Shown: positions 16,531 through 26,629 of the stretch, piece after piece | Layout: each line of letters starts with the position of its first letter | Position numbering within the stretch: the first letter of the stretch is position 1 | Source: Deltaproteobacteria bacterium | GTDB taxonomy: Bacteria; Myxococcota_A; UBA9160; SMWR01 | Direction of reading: 5' to 3' | Assembly: GCA_031405455.1 (NCBI GenBank) | Contig: JANNIY010000178.1 | Location: 19,257-83,256, forward strand | Length of the DNA stretch: 64,000 bases | Position numbers and translations under genes: made by a program | The notes under the pieces: generated by a model | Told to the model about the DNA's origin: nothing | The model's database searches: none | Seen by the model: only the letters and a program-made list of their open reading frames with translations

Positions 16531-18667
16531 GCCGCGAGCCACTCGCAGCCTTCCCGGCAAGCCGCACCCGCTCGGCGCCACCTGGACCGGCCATGGCACG
16601 CAGTTCGCCATCTTTTCCGAGGTGGCCACGCGCGTCGAGCTCTGCCTGTTCGATTCCGCGGAAGCCAGCGAGCCCGCAATGACCCTGGACCTGCGCGAGC
16701 GCACGCAACACGTCTGGCACGTCCTGCTGCCCGACGTCCGCCCCGGACAGCTCTACGGATACCGCGTTCACGGGCCCTACGCGCCCGAGCGCGGCGTGCG
16801 CTGCAACCCGCACAAGCTGCTCGTCGATCCCTACGCCCGGGCCATCGCGGGGCGTCTCGCCTGGGACGCGTCCATGCGGGGCGACCGCGAGAGCGACTCC
16901 GGCGTCGATTCGGAGCCCGATCTTCGCGACAACGCCGCCTGCGCCCCGCGATCCGTCGTCGTCGATCCGCAGTTCGATTGGATGGACGATCAGCCTCCGC
17001 GCACCTCCTGGAGTCGCACTCTCGTGTATGAGTGCTCCGTGAAGGGCATGACGGCTCGCCATCCAGGCGTGGCGCCGATGCTGCGGGGAACCTATCTCGG
17101 CCTCGCCGCCGAGCCGGTGATCGCACACCTGGTTGCACTGGGCGTCACGGCGCTGGAGCTGCTGCCCGTTCACCAGAGTTTCAGCGAAGAGGCGCTCGCG
17201 CAGCGCGGCCTGCGCAACTACTGGGGCTACAACACGCTCGGCTACTTCGCGCCGGACGCGCGCTTTGCGACGGGCGACCGCGGCGAGCAGGTGCGTGAGT
17301 TCAAGGCGATGGTGAAGACGCTGCATGCCGCCGGCATCGAAGTCCTGCTCGACGTCGTCTACAACCATACGGCCGAAGGCGACCGCACGGGGCCCACGCT
17401 CTGCTGGCGCGGCATCGACAACGCCGCCTACTACCGGCTCGAGCCCAACCGCCCGAGCGAGTACCTCGATTTTTCCGGCTGCGGCAACACGCCGAACCTC
17501 CTGCACCCGCGCACACTCCAGCTCGTGATGGACAGCCTGCGCTACTGGGTGACGGAAATGCACGTCGATGGTTTCCGCTTCGACCTGGCCCCTGCGCTCG
17601 CTCGCGGCTTCGAGGTCGGGGATGGGGTCGGGCGTTTCTTCTCGCTGCTGCAGCAGGACCCCACGCTGGCCGAGGTCAAGCTGATCGCCGAGCCCTGGGA
17701 CGTCGGCGAGAACGGCTACCGGCTCGGCGAATTCCCGAACGGCTGGGCCGAATGGAACGACAAGTACCGAAACTCGACGCGACGTTTCTGGCGCGGCGAC
17801 GCGGGTCGCGTCGCGAAGCTGGCGTCGCGGCTCGCCGGGAGCGAAGACTTCTACGGCCGCCGCACACCACACGCGAGCGTGAACTTCGTCACCTGTCACG
17901 ACGGCTTCACGCTGCGCGACCTCGTCAGCTACGAGCACAAGCACAACGAGGCCAACGGCGACGAGAACCGGGACGGCACGGACAGCAACTGGAGTTCGAA
18001 CGCCGGGGTCGAGGGGCCGAGCGACGATCCGGAGATCCTGGCGCGGCGCGCGCGCATGCAGCGCAGTTTCCTGGCGACGCTGGCATTCTCCCAGGGCGTC
18101 CCGATGCTCTCGCACGGCGACGAGCTCGGCCGCAGCCAGCTCGGCAACAACAACGCCTACTGCCATGACAATCCGCTCAGCTGGCTGGACTGGGAGCCCG
18201 ATGCCGCCGGCCGCGAGCTGCTCGCGTTCGCGCGCCGCGTCTTCGCATTGCGCCGGGAGCATCCCATTTTGCGCCGTCTGGGGTTCTTCACGGGCCAGCC
18301 GGCCCCGGGCAGCCTCGCGAAGGACCTGAGCTGGCTGCGCCCCGACGGCGGCGAATTCAACGCCGACGACTGGCGCGATCCCGAGCGCCGAGAGCTCGGA
18401 ATGCTGATCTCGGGCGATACCCACGGCGAGACGGACGCTCTCGCTGGCACGCTCCACCAGGACTCGCTGCTGCTGCTGCTGAACGCCGGCGCTGAAGACT
18501 GCTACTTTCGACTGCCAGCGATGCCGCAACCGGGCCGATTCGAGACCCTGCTGACGACCGCGGACGCCGCGCTCCGCCCGGAGGGCAACGTCCGCGTCGC
18601 TTCACGTTCGCTCGCCTTGCTCGCATTCCGGGTCGACGCGCGGGCAACTCGACACACGCTAGAGTAG
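16520..18667 (+). CDS. glgX: glycogen debranching enzyme
   Basis: PLGATWTGHGTQFAIFS, VELCLFD, NYWGYN, DVVYNHT, GFRFDL, EPWD, FVTCHDGFTL (GH13 blocks). Overlaps glgA by 11 nt. Confidence 0.93.
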   Translation: MRAEPRATRSLPGKPHPLGATWTGHGTQFAIFSEVATRVELCLFDSAEASEPAMTLDLRERTQHVWHVLLPDVRPGQLYGYRVHGPYAPERGVRCNPHKLLVDPYARAIAGRLAWDASMRGDRESDSGVDSEPDLRDNAACAPRSVVVDPQFDWMDDQPPRTSWSRTLVYECSVKGMTARHPGVAPMLRGTYLGLAAEPVIAHLVALGVTALELLPVHQSFSEEALAQRGLRNYWGYNTLGYFAPDARFATGDRGEQVREFKAMVKTLHAAGIEVLLDVVYNHTAEGDRTGPTLCWRGIDNAAYYRLEPNRPSEYLDFSGCGNTPNLLHPRTLQLVMDSLRYWVTEMHVDGFRFDLAPALARGFEVGDGVGRFFSLLQQDPTLAEVKLIAEPWDVGENGYRLGEFPNGWAEWNDKYRNSTRRFWRGDAGRVAKLASRLAGSEDFYGRRTPHASVNFVTCHDGFTLRDLVSYEHKHNEANGDENRDGTDSNWSSNAGVEGPSDDPEILARRARMQRSFLATLAFSQGVPMLSHGDELGRSQLGNNNAYCHDNPLSWLDWEPDAAGRELLAFARRVFALRREHPILRRLGFFTGQPAPGSLAKDLSWLRPDGGEFNADDWRDPERRELGMLISGDTHGETDALAGTLHQDSLLLLLNAGAEDCYFRLPAMPQPGRFETLLTTADAALRPEGNVRVASRSLALLAFRVDARATRHTLE

Positions 18668-18725
18668 TGCTGCGCCCGAGCCCGAGCGGCGGCGCAGAAA
18701 CCGCGCGTGGACTCCGCGAACGCCG

Positions 18726-20657
18726 ATGGCGCGAGCGCTCGTGACGCGGCGTCCCGAGCTCCGCGCACTGGCCCTGCGCGCCGGCATCATCCCGTCCTAC
18801 CTCTCGCTCCTGGACCGCCGTCCGCGCCCTACGAGCGATGCCACGCGCGAGGCGCTGCTCGCCGCCATGCACCTGGATGCCTCGAGCGAGGGGGCTGCGG
18901 CCGCCGCATTGCGCGCGCTGGAGGAACGCCTGCGGAACCTGCCGCGGGCCGCCGGGGCCCGCAGCGAGACGCGTCGCTGCACGTCGGTCGCGAGCAAGCT
19001 CGCGGGCCGCCGGGGTTTCGGGATCTGGACCAATCTCTACAGCCTGCGCAGCCAGCACAATTTTGGCGTCGGAGATCTCTCCGATCTCGCGCGCCTCGCA
19101 AGCCTCGCCGGGCGCGAGGGCGCCGATTTCATCGGCATCTCCCCCCTGCATGCACTCTGGAATCGCGGCTCCGACGCCTCTCCGTACTCGCCGATCAGCC
19201 GGCTCTACCGCAGCGAGCTCTACCTCGACGTGCTGCGGGTGCCCGAGCTCGCGCGCAGCGCGCAGGCCCGCGCGTTGCTCGCACGGCCGGGTTTCGAGCG
19301 CGAGCTCGCGCGGCTACGCGCATCGTCTCGCGTCGAGTACGCGCGCGTTGCCGCGGCAAAGCGCGAGATCCTGCGCGCACTGCACCGGGATTTCCGGGAG
19401 CAGCCGACCCGCTCGCGCGCGCAGGCCTACGCAGCCTATCGGGCAGCCGAAGGTCCGTCGCTCGACGCCTTCGCAACGTTCCTCGCACTGGGAGAGCACC
19501 GCTCGGCGCGCAGTGAACGCGAGCGCGACTGGCACGTCTGGCCGCGTGAATTGCGCGATCCGAATTCCGAAGGCGTCGCCCGCTTCCGGCGCGAGCACGA
19601 GCGCGAGATCGACTTCCATCGCTTCGTGCAGTTCGAACTCGATCGCCAGCTCGGGGCGGCCGCGGCGGCGGCGAAGCGTGCGGGCATGCGGATCGGCCTC
19701 TACCCCGATCTCGCACTCGGCAGCGCCGGCGGCGGCGCCGAAACCTGGGCCTATCCGGAACTCATCGCAGGCGGCGCGAGCATCGGTGCGCCGCCCGACG
19801 GATTCAGCCCGTCGGGGCAGGATTGGGGGATCCCGCCTCTCGACCCCCTGAAGCTACACGAGCAGGGTTTCGCTTTTTTTCGCCAGCTCCTGCGCGCGGC
19901 TTTCGCGCACGCGGGCGCGCTGCGCGTCGATCATGTGCTGGGCTTGTTCCGGCTCTACTGGATCCCGCATGGACGCCCGGCCTCGGAGGGCGCCTATGTC
20001 CGTCAGCCCACCCGCGAGCTGCTCGCGATCCTCGCGCAAGAGAGCCAACGCCAGGGGGCGTTGGTCGTCGGAGAGGATCTCGGCACGGTGCCGCCGGGCA
20101 CACCGGCGCGGCTCGCGCGCCACGCAATCCTCTCGTCGCGCGTACTCTACTTCGAGCGGAATGCGACCGGTTTCAAGCCAGCGCGGAGCTATTCGCGACG
20201 CGCGCTCGCGACGGCGAACACACACGATCTGGTGCCCCTCCCCGGCTTCGCTGCGGGCCGCGATCTCGTGCTGCGGCACCGCGTGGGCGCAATCCCGAGC
20301 GAAGCCGCACTGCGGACGGCGCTCGCCGAACGTGCCGCGAGCGCGCGGGCGCTCGTGCGGCGCTTCGCTGCCGAGGGCCTGCTGCGCACCCCCGAACCGG
20401 ACGCGAGCGCGCTGACCGAAGCCGCCTCGGGCTTCCTCGCGCGCACCCCCTGCCCGCTCGTCGCGCTCTCGCTCGATGATGCGGTCGGGGAAACCGAGCC
20501 CGTGAACCTTCCCGGTGTTGGTCCGGAGGCGTTCCCGAGCTGGACCCGGCGCATGCGCCTCCCGCTCGAGCGCCTGCCGGCCCACCCCGGCCTGCGGGCG
20601 TGCTTCGCCGCCATGCGCAGGCAGCGCGGCCGGCGCCCCCGCCGCAGCACGCGTTGA
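18726..20657 (+). CDS. malQ: 4-alpha-glucanotransferase
   Basis: GIWTNLYSLRSQHNFGVGDLSDL, SPYSPISR, RVDHVLGLFR, VVGEDLGTVP (GH77 motifs). Confidence 0.92.
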   Translation: MARALVTRRPELRALALRAGIIPSYLSLLDRRPRPTSDATREALLAAMHLDASSEGAAAAALRALEERLRNLPRAAGARSETRRCTSVASKLAGRRGFGIWTNLYSLRSQHNFGVGDLSDLARLASLAGREGADFIGISPLHALWNRGSDASPYSPISRLYRSELYLDVLRVPELARSAQARALLARPGFERELARLRASSRVEYARVAAAKREILRALHRDFREQPTRSRAQAYAAYRAAEGPSLDAFATFLALGEHRSARSERERDWHVWPRELRDPNSEGVARFRREHEREIDFHRFVQFELDRQLGAAAAAAKRAGMRIGLYPDLALGSAGGGAETWAYPELIAGGASIGAPPDGFSPSGQDWGIPPLDPLKLHEQGFAFFRQLLRAAFAHAGALRVDHVLGLFRLYWIPHGRPASEGAYVRQPTRELLAILAQESQRQGALVVGEDLGTVPPGTPARLARHAILSSRVLYFERNATGFKPARSYSRRALATANTHDLVPLPGFAAGRDLVLRHRVGAIPSEAALRTALAERAASARALVRRFAAEGLLRTPEPDASALTEAASGFLARTPCPLVALSLDDAVGETEPVNLPGVGPEAFPSWTRRMRLPLERLPAHPGLRACFAAMRRQRGRRPRRSTR

Positions 20658-20707
20658 ACTGCGGTTGCGGGCGCGGCAGAATCCCGCGCCTCTGAACGGG
20701 GGGTTCC

Positions 20708-22417
20708 GTGAGCGCGCCGATCGTCGCCTACTTTTCAATGGAAATCGCTCTCGAGCCTGCCATCCCGACGTATGCCGGGGGCCTGGGCGTGCTGGCCGGC
20801 GACTCGATCCGCTCGGCGGCCGACCTGGGGCTTTCGCTGCTCGCCGTGAGCCTCGTCCACCGCCGCGGCTATTTCGTCCAAAGGCTCGACGCGAGCGGCG
20901 CGCAAACCGAAGGCGATGCCGGCTGGAACGTGGAGGCGTCGCTCGAGCCGATGGCTGCGCGCGTCGAGGTCGAAATCGAGGGGCGGGTCGTTGCGCTGCG
21001 CGCCTGGTGCTACCGCGTGCGCGGCGTCTGTGGCGACGAGGTGCCCGTCTACCTCCTCGATGCCGATCTTCCGGAGAATACCCCCGAGGACCGCGCGCTC
21101 ACGCATCATCTCTACGGTGGCGATCTGCGCTACCGGCTTTGCCAGGAAGCGATCCTCGGGATTGGCGGCGTGCGCATGCTGCGCGCGCTGGGACACGCGC
21201 AGATCGATCGCTTCCATTTGAACGAGGGGCACGCGGCGCTCGCGGTCATCGAGCTGCTCGCCGAGGAGACCCGGCGAGCGAAGGGAGGCGACGGCGAGCT
21301 CGCGCACGCGGAGGTGAAAAAACGCTGCGTCTTCACCACCCACACGCCGGTGCCGGCAGGCCACGATCGCTTTCCACACGAACTCGTCGCGTCGGTGGTC
21401 GGAGAGGCGGCGCAGCGAACGCTCGCAAAGCTCGGCCAGACCGTGGAGCTGAACCTCACCGATCTGGCACTTCGCAGCGCGCGCTTCGTGAACGGCGTCG
21501 CAATGCGACACGGGGAGGTGTCGTCTCGGATGTTCCCCGGGTACTCCATCCGCTCGATCACGAACGGGATCCATCCCGCGACCTGGGCGGCACCGGCCTT
21601 CCGGGCCCTGTTCGACCTCCACTTCCGCGAATGGCGTCGCGACGCACAATCCCTGCGCCATGCCGTGAAGATTCCGCTGGGCGAGATCTGGTGGGCGCAC
21701 TCGCGCGCGAAGCGGGCGCTGCTCGAGCGTCTCAAGGAAGCGGGCGCGACGGGCTTCCGAGAGGAGGCCTTCACGATCGGCTTCGCGCGGCGTTCGACGG
21801 CCTACAAGCGCTCGACGCTGCTCTTCCACGATCTCGGCCGTCTGCGCGCCCTGGCACAGGCCCACGGCCCCTTGCAGTTCGTCTTCGCCGGCAAGGCCCA
21901 TCCGGCAGACGACGAAGGCAAGCAAATGATCCAGCGGGTCGTCGCGGCTGGCGCCGAGCTCGCCGGCACGCTGTCCGTCGCCTACCTCCCGAACTACGAC
22001 ATGGAGACGGCGCGCTGCCTCGTCTCGGGCTGCGACCTCTGGCTCAACACGCCCGTGCCGCCGCTCGAAGCCTCGGGCACGAGCGGCATGAAGGCGGCCT
22101 TGAACGGCGTCCCCAGCCTGTCCGTGATCGACGGCTGGTGGGTCGAGGGCCTCGTCGAGGGTGTCACCGGTTGGTCGATCGGGAACGACGGCGGCGCACG
22201 ACAACGGCCGGCGGATGATCGCGACGCCAGCGACGCGCACGATCTCTACCAGAAACTCGACACCGCCGTGCTTCCGTGTTTTTTTGCCGAGCGCGAGCGC
22301 TATATGGGTATCATGCGCAACGCGATAGCCTTGAACGCATCGTTCTTCAACACACAGCGCATGCTGCTTCAGTACCTGTACGCCGCCTACGTGGAACATG
22401 GGGAGGATTGCCGGTGA
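20708..22417 (+). CDS. glgP: alpha-glucan phosphorylase (short GT35 type)
   Basis: VAYFSMEIAL...IPTYAGGLGVLAGD, TTHTPVPAGHD, GKAHPADDEGK, EASGTSGMKAALNG. Confidence 0.9.
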   Translation: MSAPIVAYFSMEIALEPAIPTYAGGLGVLAGDSIRSAADLGLSLLAVSLVHRRGYFVQRLDASGAQTEGDAGWNVEASLEPMAARVEVEIEGRVVALRAWCYRVRGVCGDEVPVYLLDADLPENTPEDRALTHHLYGGDLRYRLCQEAILGIGGVRMLRALGHAQIDRFHLNEGHAALAVIELLAEETRRAKGGDGELAHAEVKKRCVFTTHTPVPAGHDRFPHELVASVVGEAAQRTLAKLGQTVELNLTDLALRSARFVNGVAMRHGEVSSRMFPGYSIRSITNGIHPATWAAPAFRALFDLHFREWRRDAQSLRHAVKIPLGEIWWAHSRAKRALLERLKEAGATGFREEAFTIGFARRSTAYKRSTLLFHDLGRLRALAQAHGPLQFVFAGKAHPADDEGKQMIQRVVAAGAELAGTLSVAYLPNYDMETARCLVSGCDLWLNTPVPPLEASGTSGMKAALNGVPSLSVIDGWWVEGLVEGVTGWSIGNDGGARQRPADDRDASDAHDLYQKLDTAVLPCFFAERERYMGIMRNAIALNASFFNTQRMLLQYLYAAYVEHGEDCR

Positions 22418-23340
22418 GGACGCCCTGGCTCCGGGTCTCGGGCAGCGTCGTGTTGCTCGCCCTCGCAGCGCCCGCTGACGCCGCCCCGCTGACGGTCTCG
22501 CTCGCCAACCGGAGCGCCATCACGGCTTCCAATGTAGCGGCCGCCGTCGGCGCCCAGAACGGCAACTTCGACTCGGGGAACGGGCTCGTCGGAATCCGCT
22601 CCGGCCTGGTCGGGTCGCTCTCGACGCTCGCCTTCGACAAGCTGTCGGATCGCGCCACCGGCGAAGTCGGCCTGCGTTGGGGGATCGAAGCCGATCATTG
22701 CCTGGGCGCGGGCAGCTGCGGCGGCAGCGACCATTTCGTGGAGGCCACGGCCGATCTGGTGCTTCTCATCACGGTGGCGCCGTCCGTGGCGACCTGGGAG
22801 ATCCGGATCAACGTGCAGAGCTACGGCAACCTCAATGCCATCGTGGACGGCGGCACGCTGCCCGCGTGCACCTCGGTGATGAGCGCCCCCATGTTCAGCT
22901 TCACGGCCACGAATGGCGCGATCGCCAAACTGAACAGGCTCGCCGGCGTGCACCTGTCCATCGCCGAGTCGGGCGATTGCACGCAGGATTCGGACTGGTT
23001 CAAGGACGAGGCCGCCGGCATCACGATCTCGGGCGCGAGCAGCGGCAGCTTCGAGGTACACATCTCGCAGAGCGCGAGCGTGCGCAGCGCGCGCCAGACC
23101 AACGCGCTGGCCATCAAGAACGGCTCGGACACCTGTTTCCGAGCGGGCAAGGATCCCGGCAAGGGCGTCGCATTCTTCGACGCCTGCCACTACCCCGGCC
23201 TCCTCGACGTCAAGGGCAACCGCGACCGCGACCGCATCCTGGGCGGCGAACCCGACGACGGCGGCATCTGGCTCAGCGATCAGGCGACCGGCGCCGCCAT
23301 CGAGCTGACCGAGCTCAGCTTCACCGCGCCGATCGAGTAG
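22414..23340 (+). CDS. secreted protein of unknown function (Cys-containing)
   Basis: GTG 22414 overlaps the glgP TGA (GTGA), with GGGGAGGA upstream. Signal-like N-terminus VSGSVVLLALAAPADAAP. Eight Cys residues; no family recognised. Confidence 0.65.
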   Translation: MRTPWLRVSGSVVLLALAAPADAAPLTVSLANRSAITASNVAAAVGAQNGNFDSGNGLVGIRSGLVGSLSTLAFDKLSDRATGEVGLRWGIEADHCLGAGSCGGSDHFVEATADLVLLITVAPSVATWEIRINVQSYGNLNAIVDGGTLPACTSVMSAPMFSFTATNGAIAKLNRLAGVHLSIAESGDCTQDSDWFKDEAAGITISGASSGSFEVHISQSASVRSARQTNALAIKNGSDTCFRAGKDPGKGVAFFDACHYPGLLDVKGNRDRDRILGGEPDDGGIWLSDQATGAAIELTELSFTAPIE

Positions 23341-23350
23341 CGGCCAGCGA

Positions 23351-23740
23351 TCAGGTCTTCTTCAGCTCGATCAGGATCTCGTGGTAGGTCTTTTTCCCGA
23401 CGTTGAGGGCCCACTCCGTGCCGCCCTTCGGGACGCGGACGGTGTTGCCGTTGGCGGGAACCTTGCCGATGAAGAAATCCATCGGGCTGTCCTTGGGCGG
23501 AACCCCCGCGACGAGATCGCCCGAGTCGATCACGAGATAGTACTCGTGCTCGTGGTGATGCAGGTCCGAGTGCTCGCCGGGCTCGAGTTTCATCTCCCAG
23601 ATCCGCACGTTCTCGTCTTCGAAGAGGATGTGGTTCGCGACCTTGCCGAGCTTGTCGCCCGCGTGCTGCGTGCGGAACTTCTCGAGGCGCTCGCGCATCT
23701 CGGGGGTGATCTCGATGAATTCGGGGGCGCTGTGGCGCAT
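23351..23740 (-). CDS. cupin domain protein
   Basis: GEHSDLHHHEHEYYLVI cupin motif 1 and a later beta-rich region. RBS AGGAGA lies upstream of the ATG. Confidence 0.8.
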   Translation of the reverse strand: MRHSAPEFIEITPEMRERLEKFRTQHAGDKLGKVANHILFEDENVRIWEMKLEPGEHSDLHHHEHEYYLVIDSGDLVAGVPPKDSPMDFFIGKVPANGNTVRVPKGGTEWALNVGKKTYHEILIELKKT

Positions 23741-23818
23741 GGGGCTTCTCCTGATGGCCGAAGTGAAGCCGCAGCATAGCCCGAGGCCGGCACCGCTTCC
23801 GCCGGCGTTTCGACGCGC

Positions 23819-25042
23819 TCAGTCGAGTTCGAAATGCCGCGCGGGATCGCCAGCCTGCGCGCGCCAGGCCGCGAGACGCCCGGCGAGCGTCTGTGCGCGC
23901 TCCTGGATCACCTCGTTCTCGAGTACCTCGCGCAGGGCGGTGGCGAGGCCTTCCGCGTTCAAGCGCGTCCGCCGGATCGCCGGCGGACCGAGCCCGAGTG
24001 CCGAGACCCGCTCGCCCCAGTAGATCTGGTCGAAAAGATGCGGCACGACGATCTGGGGCACACCCGCGCGAGCTGCGTTGGTGGTGGTGCCCGCTCCGCC
24101 ATGGTGGACGATCGCCGCCATGCGCGGAAACAGCCGCGCGTGTGAAACCGGGCCGATCGCGAGCACGCCCTCCGGAAGCGGCTGCTGGCCGAGCCCTGCC
24201 CAGCCTTCGGAGACGAGCGCGCGACACCCGACGTGCTCGATCGCGCGCAAGAGCACTGCCGTCGTCGCGGCCGGATCCGTGTCGGTCATGCTTCCGAAGC
24301 CGAAATAGACCGGCGGCGGACCCGACGCGAGGAAGGACTCGAGCTTCGGCGGAAGATCCGGCCCATCGGCCCGGTGAAGGCAGCCGATCACCGTGGTGCG
24401 ATCGCGCTGATCCGCGGGCACGGGAGCCAACTCGGGATCGGCGGCGAGCAGCGGCCGGTCCGTGAACAGATACCGGAACACATCGCCTACGGGACCGAGG
24501 CCCAGCGCGGCCCGCTCGCGCGCGAGCGGCCTGCGCAGCTGGGCGCGGTAGCTGCGCTCGACCAGTGCCCACGCGAGCCGATTGCCCCAACGCGGGAGCC
24601 GCGGCAGCGGCAGCAAGAACGGCGCGTGCTCGCATGAAGGCATCAGCACAGGCACATAGGCAACGTAGCGATACGCGACACCGTGTCGCTCCGCCACCGA
24701 CGCGGCCGCCATCTGGAGCCCTGCGCCGATGATCCGATGCGCTCCCGAGGTCGCGTCGGGCAGCGCCGCGAACTGCGCGCGCAGGCTTCCATCGAGATAG
24801 CCGTTGGCGGCGCGCAGCATGCGCAGACCGCCCTTCACGACGGCTTCGGCCAGATCCCCGAGAGTCTCGCGCGCGGCCCGCCCCACCGGATGGAATCTGA
24901 ATCCGTGGGCTTGCGTGTCCGCCGCGAAATCCGGCGGCGCGCACACGACGATCTCGTGCCCGCGCGCCTGCAGCCGGTCTCCCAGCGCGAGCATCGGGTG
25001 CACGTCTCCGCGCGTGCCTTCGACGGCGAGTGCAATGCGCAT
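23819..25042 (-). CDS. GT1-family UDP-glycosyltransferase (MGT/sterol-glucosyltransferase-like)
   Basis: MRIALAVEGTRGDVHPMLALG N-terminal motif and VHHGGAGTT...PHLFDQ donor-binding motif. Confidence 0.85.
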   Translation of the reverse strand: MRIALAVEGTRGDVHPMLALGDRLQARGHEIVVCAPPDFAADTQAHGFRFHPVGRAARETLGDLAEAVVKGGLRMLRAANGYLDGSLRAQFAALPDATSGAHRIIGAGLQMAAASVAERHGVAYRYVAYVPVLMPSCEHAPFLLPLPRLPRWGNRLAWALVERSYRAQLRRPLARERAALGLGPVGDVFRYLFTDRPLLAADPELAPVPADQRDRTTVIGCLHRADGPDLPPKLESFLASGPPPVYFGFGSMTDTDPAATTAVLLRAIEHVGCRALVSEGWAGLGQQPLPEGVLAIGPVSHARLFPRMAAIVHHGGAGTTTNAARAGVPQIVVPHLFDQIYWGERVSALGLGPPAIRRTRLNAEGLATALREVLENEVIQERAQTLAGRLAAWRAQAGDPARHFELD

Positions 25043-25239
25043 CCGCCTGCATCGAACACGCGGCGGGCGGGCTTGAGACGCCTCGCGAGAGCGATCGCCG
25101 CCCGACGCCGATTAGCCTTTGAGGACGCGCGCGAGCGGCGGCCGCTTGCCGCACGTCTCGAGGCAGCGCGAGGCCCGGGACTGCGGGGTTCCGTAGCGCT
25201 CGATCACGGGGGCCTTGATTCGACGAGCGTGGGGCGCGC

Positions 25240-26628
25240 TCAAATCCGCTCGAAATACCGCTCGCGCTCGACGTCGCTGACGCGCGTGTCGAACACTTCC
25301 TGCTCGGTGCGGGCGAAGTGGAGCAGGTGATCGATCACGGCGTCGCCGAAGGCGCGGCGCGCGAAGCTGCTCTTCTCGAGCTCGGCGAGCGCCTCGTGCA
25401 ACGTGCGGGGGACGTGCGGTAGATCCTTCGCCGTGTAGACGTCGCCTTCGAAGGCGGGGCCCGGTTCGAGCTTGCGCTCGATGCCGTCGAGGCCGGCGGC
25501 GAGCAGGGCCGCGTAGGCGAGATACGGATTCGCGTCGGCGCCGGGGATGCGGCACTCGACGCGCAGCGACGGGCCTTCCCCGACGATCCGGAAACCCGCC
25601 GTGCGATTGTCGTAGCTCCAGGCGATGCCGGTCGGCGCAAAAGTGCCGGCCCGGTAGCGCTTGTACGAGTTCGGGTAGGGCGCGAAGAACCAGCCGAGCT
25701 CACGGGCATGCTCGAGCATTCCCGCGAGAAACCAACGGAAGAGCGGCGGCGCGTGCACGGGTGTGCCCGCGAGCGGCTCGCCCTTGCCTCCGAAGAGCGG
25801 CTGCCCGTCCGGGCTCCACAGGCTGCTGTGGATGTGCAGGCTGCTGCCGGCGAGCTTCTCGTCGAACTTCGCCATGAAGGTGAGCGACGCGCCGGCCGCC
25901 GCGGCGATCTCCTTCGCCGCCTGCTTGTAGATCACGTGCCGGTCGGCCATTTCGAGCGCCGCGGCGTAGCGCAGATTCAGCTCGTGCTGGCCCGGGCCCC
26001 ACTCGCCCTTGCTGAACTCGACCGGGATCGCCGAGGCATCGACGCGACGCCGGATCTCGCCGAGGATCGGCTCGGCGAAGGTGCCCGAGAGCAGGTGGTA
26101 GTCCTCGACATATCCGCCCGCGTGATCGAGCCCGCGGTAGCCCTTGGCGCGCGCCGTACGGTAGTCGTCGCGGAACAGGAAGAACTCGAGCTCGCTCCCC
26201 ATCGCGGGATGCAAGCCGCGCTCCGCGAGCCGCGCGAGCTGGCGCTTCAGGATCGAGCGCGGCGCCACCTCGATCGGCACGTCGCGTTCTTCCTCGAGCG
26301 CATCGCAAATCACGATCGCGCTGCGGTCGAGCCAGGCCGCACGCCGCAGGCTCGCGGGGTCGGGCACGGCGCGCAGATCGCCATAGCCCTTCGCCCAGCT
26401 CGTGAACGCGTAGCCGGGCGTCGGATCCATCTCCATGTCGCAGGCGAGCAGATACTCGCAGACGTGCATGCCGTGGCCAGCGATCTCGTCGCGATAGAAA
26501 CCCGCGTGGATGCGTTTGCCGACGAGTCTTCCGTAGAGGTCCGGCAGCGCGGTGATCACGGTCTCGATCGCGCCGCTTGCGATTTCCTGAGCGAGCGTTG
26601 CCGGATCGAGGCTGCCGCGCACCGTCAC
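25240..26628 (-). CDS. glutamine synthetase family protein (GlnA/PuuA-like)
   Basis: GS catalytic-domain blocks (GSELEFFLF, KGEWGPGQHE, GSSLHIHSSL, NSYKRY, AWSYDNRTAGFR). GTG 26628 lies directly after the purF TGA. Confidence 0.85.
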   Translation of the reverse strand: MTVRGSLDPATLAQEIASGAIETVITALPDLYGRLVGKRIHAGFYRDEIAGHGMHVCEYLLACDMEMDPTPGYAFTSWAKGYGDLRAVPDPASLRRAAWLDRSAIVICDALEEERDVPIEVAPRSILKRQLARLAERGLHPAMGSELEFFLFRDDYRTARAKGYRGLDHAGGYVEDYHLLSGTFAEPILGEIRRRVDASAIPVEFSKGEWGPGQHELNLRYAAALEMADRHVIYKQAAKEIAAAAGASLTFMAKFDEKLAGSSLHIHSSLWSPDGQPLFGGKGEPLAGTPVHAPPLFRWFLAGMLEHARELGWFFAPYPNSYKRYRAGTFAPTGIAWSYDNRTAGFRIVGEGPSLRVECRIPGADANPYLAYAALLAAGLDGIERKLEPGPAFEGDVYTAKDLPHVPRTLHEALAELEKSSFARRAFGDAVIDHLLHFARTEQEVFDTRVSDVERERYFERI

Positions 26629-26629
26629 G

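Noticed and set aside
20670-20690. GC hairpins in the malQ-glgP (GGCGCGG-N7-CCGCGCC) and glgX-malQ (18670-18697) spacers.
   Set aside because: Short GC-only stems without U-tracts are expected by chance in this composition, and the genes on both sides belong to one pathway. Not reported as terminators.
25112-25207. 31-codon minus-strand ORF (VIERYGTPQSRASRCLETCGKRPPLARVLKG) in the spacer between the GS-like and GT1 genes.
   Set aside because: It has only a GTG start, no RBS, and no family I recognise. It is too short to separate from chance without expression or conservation data.
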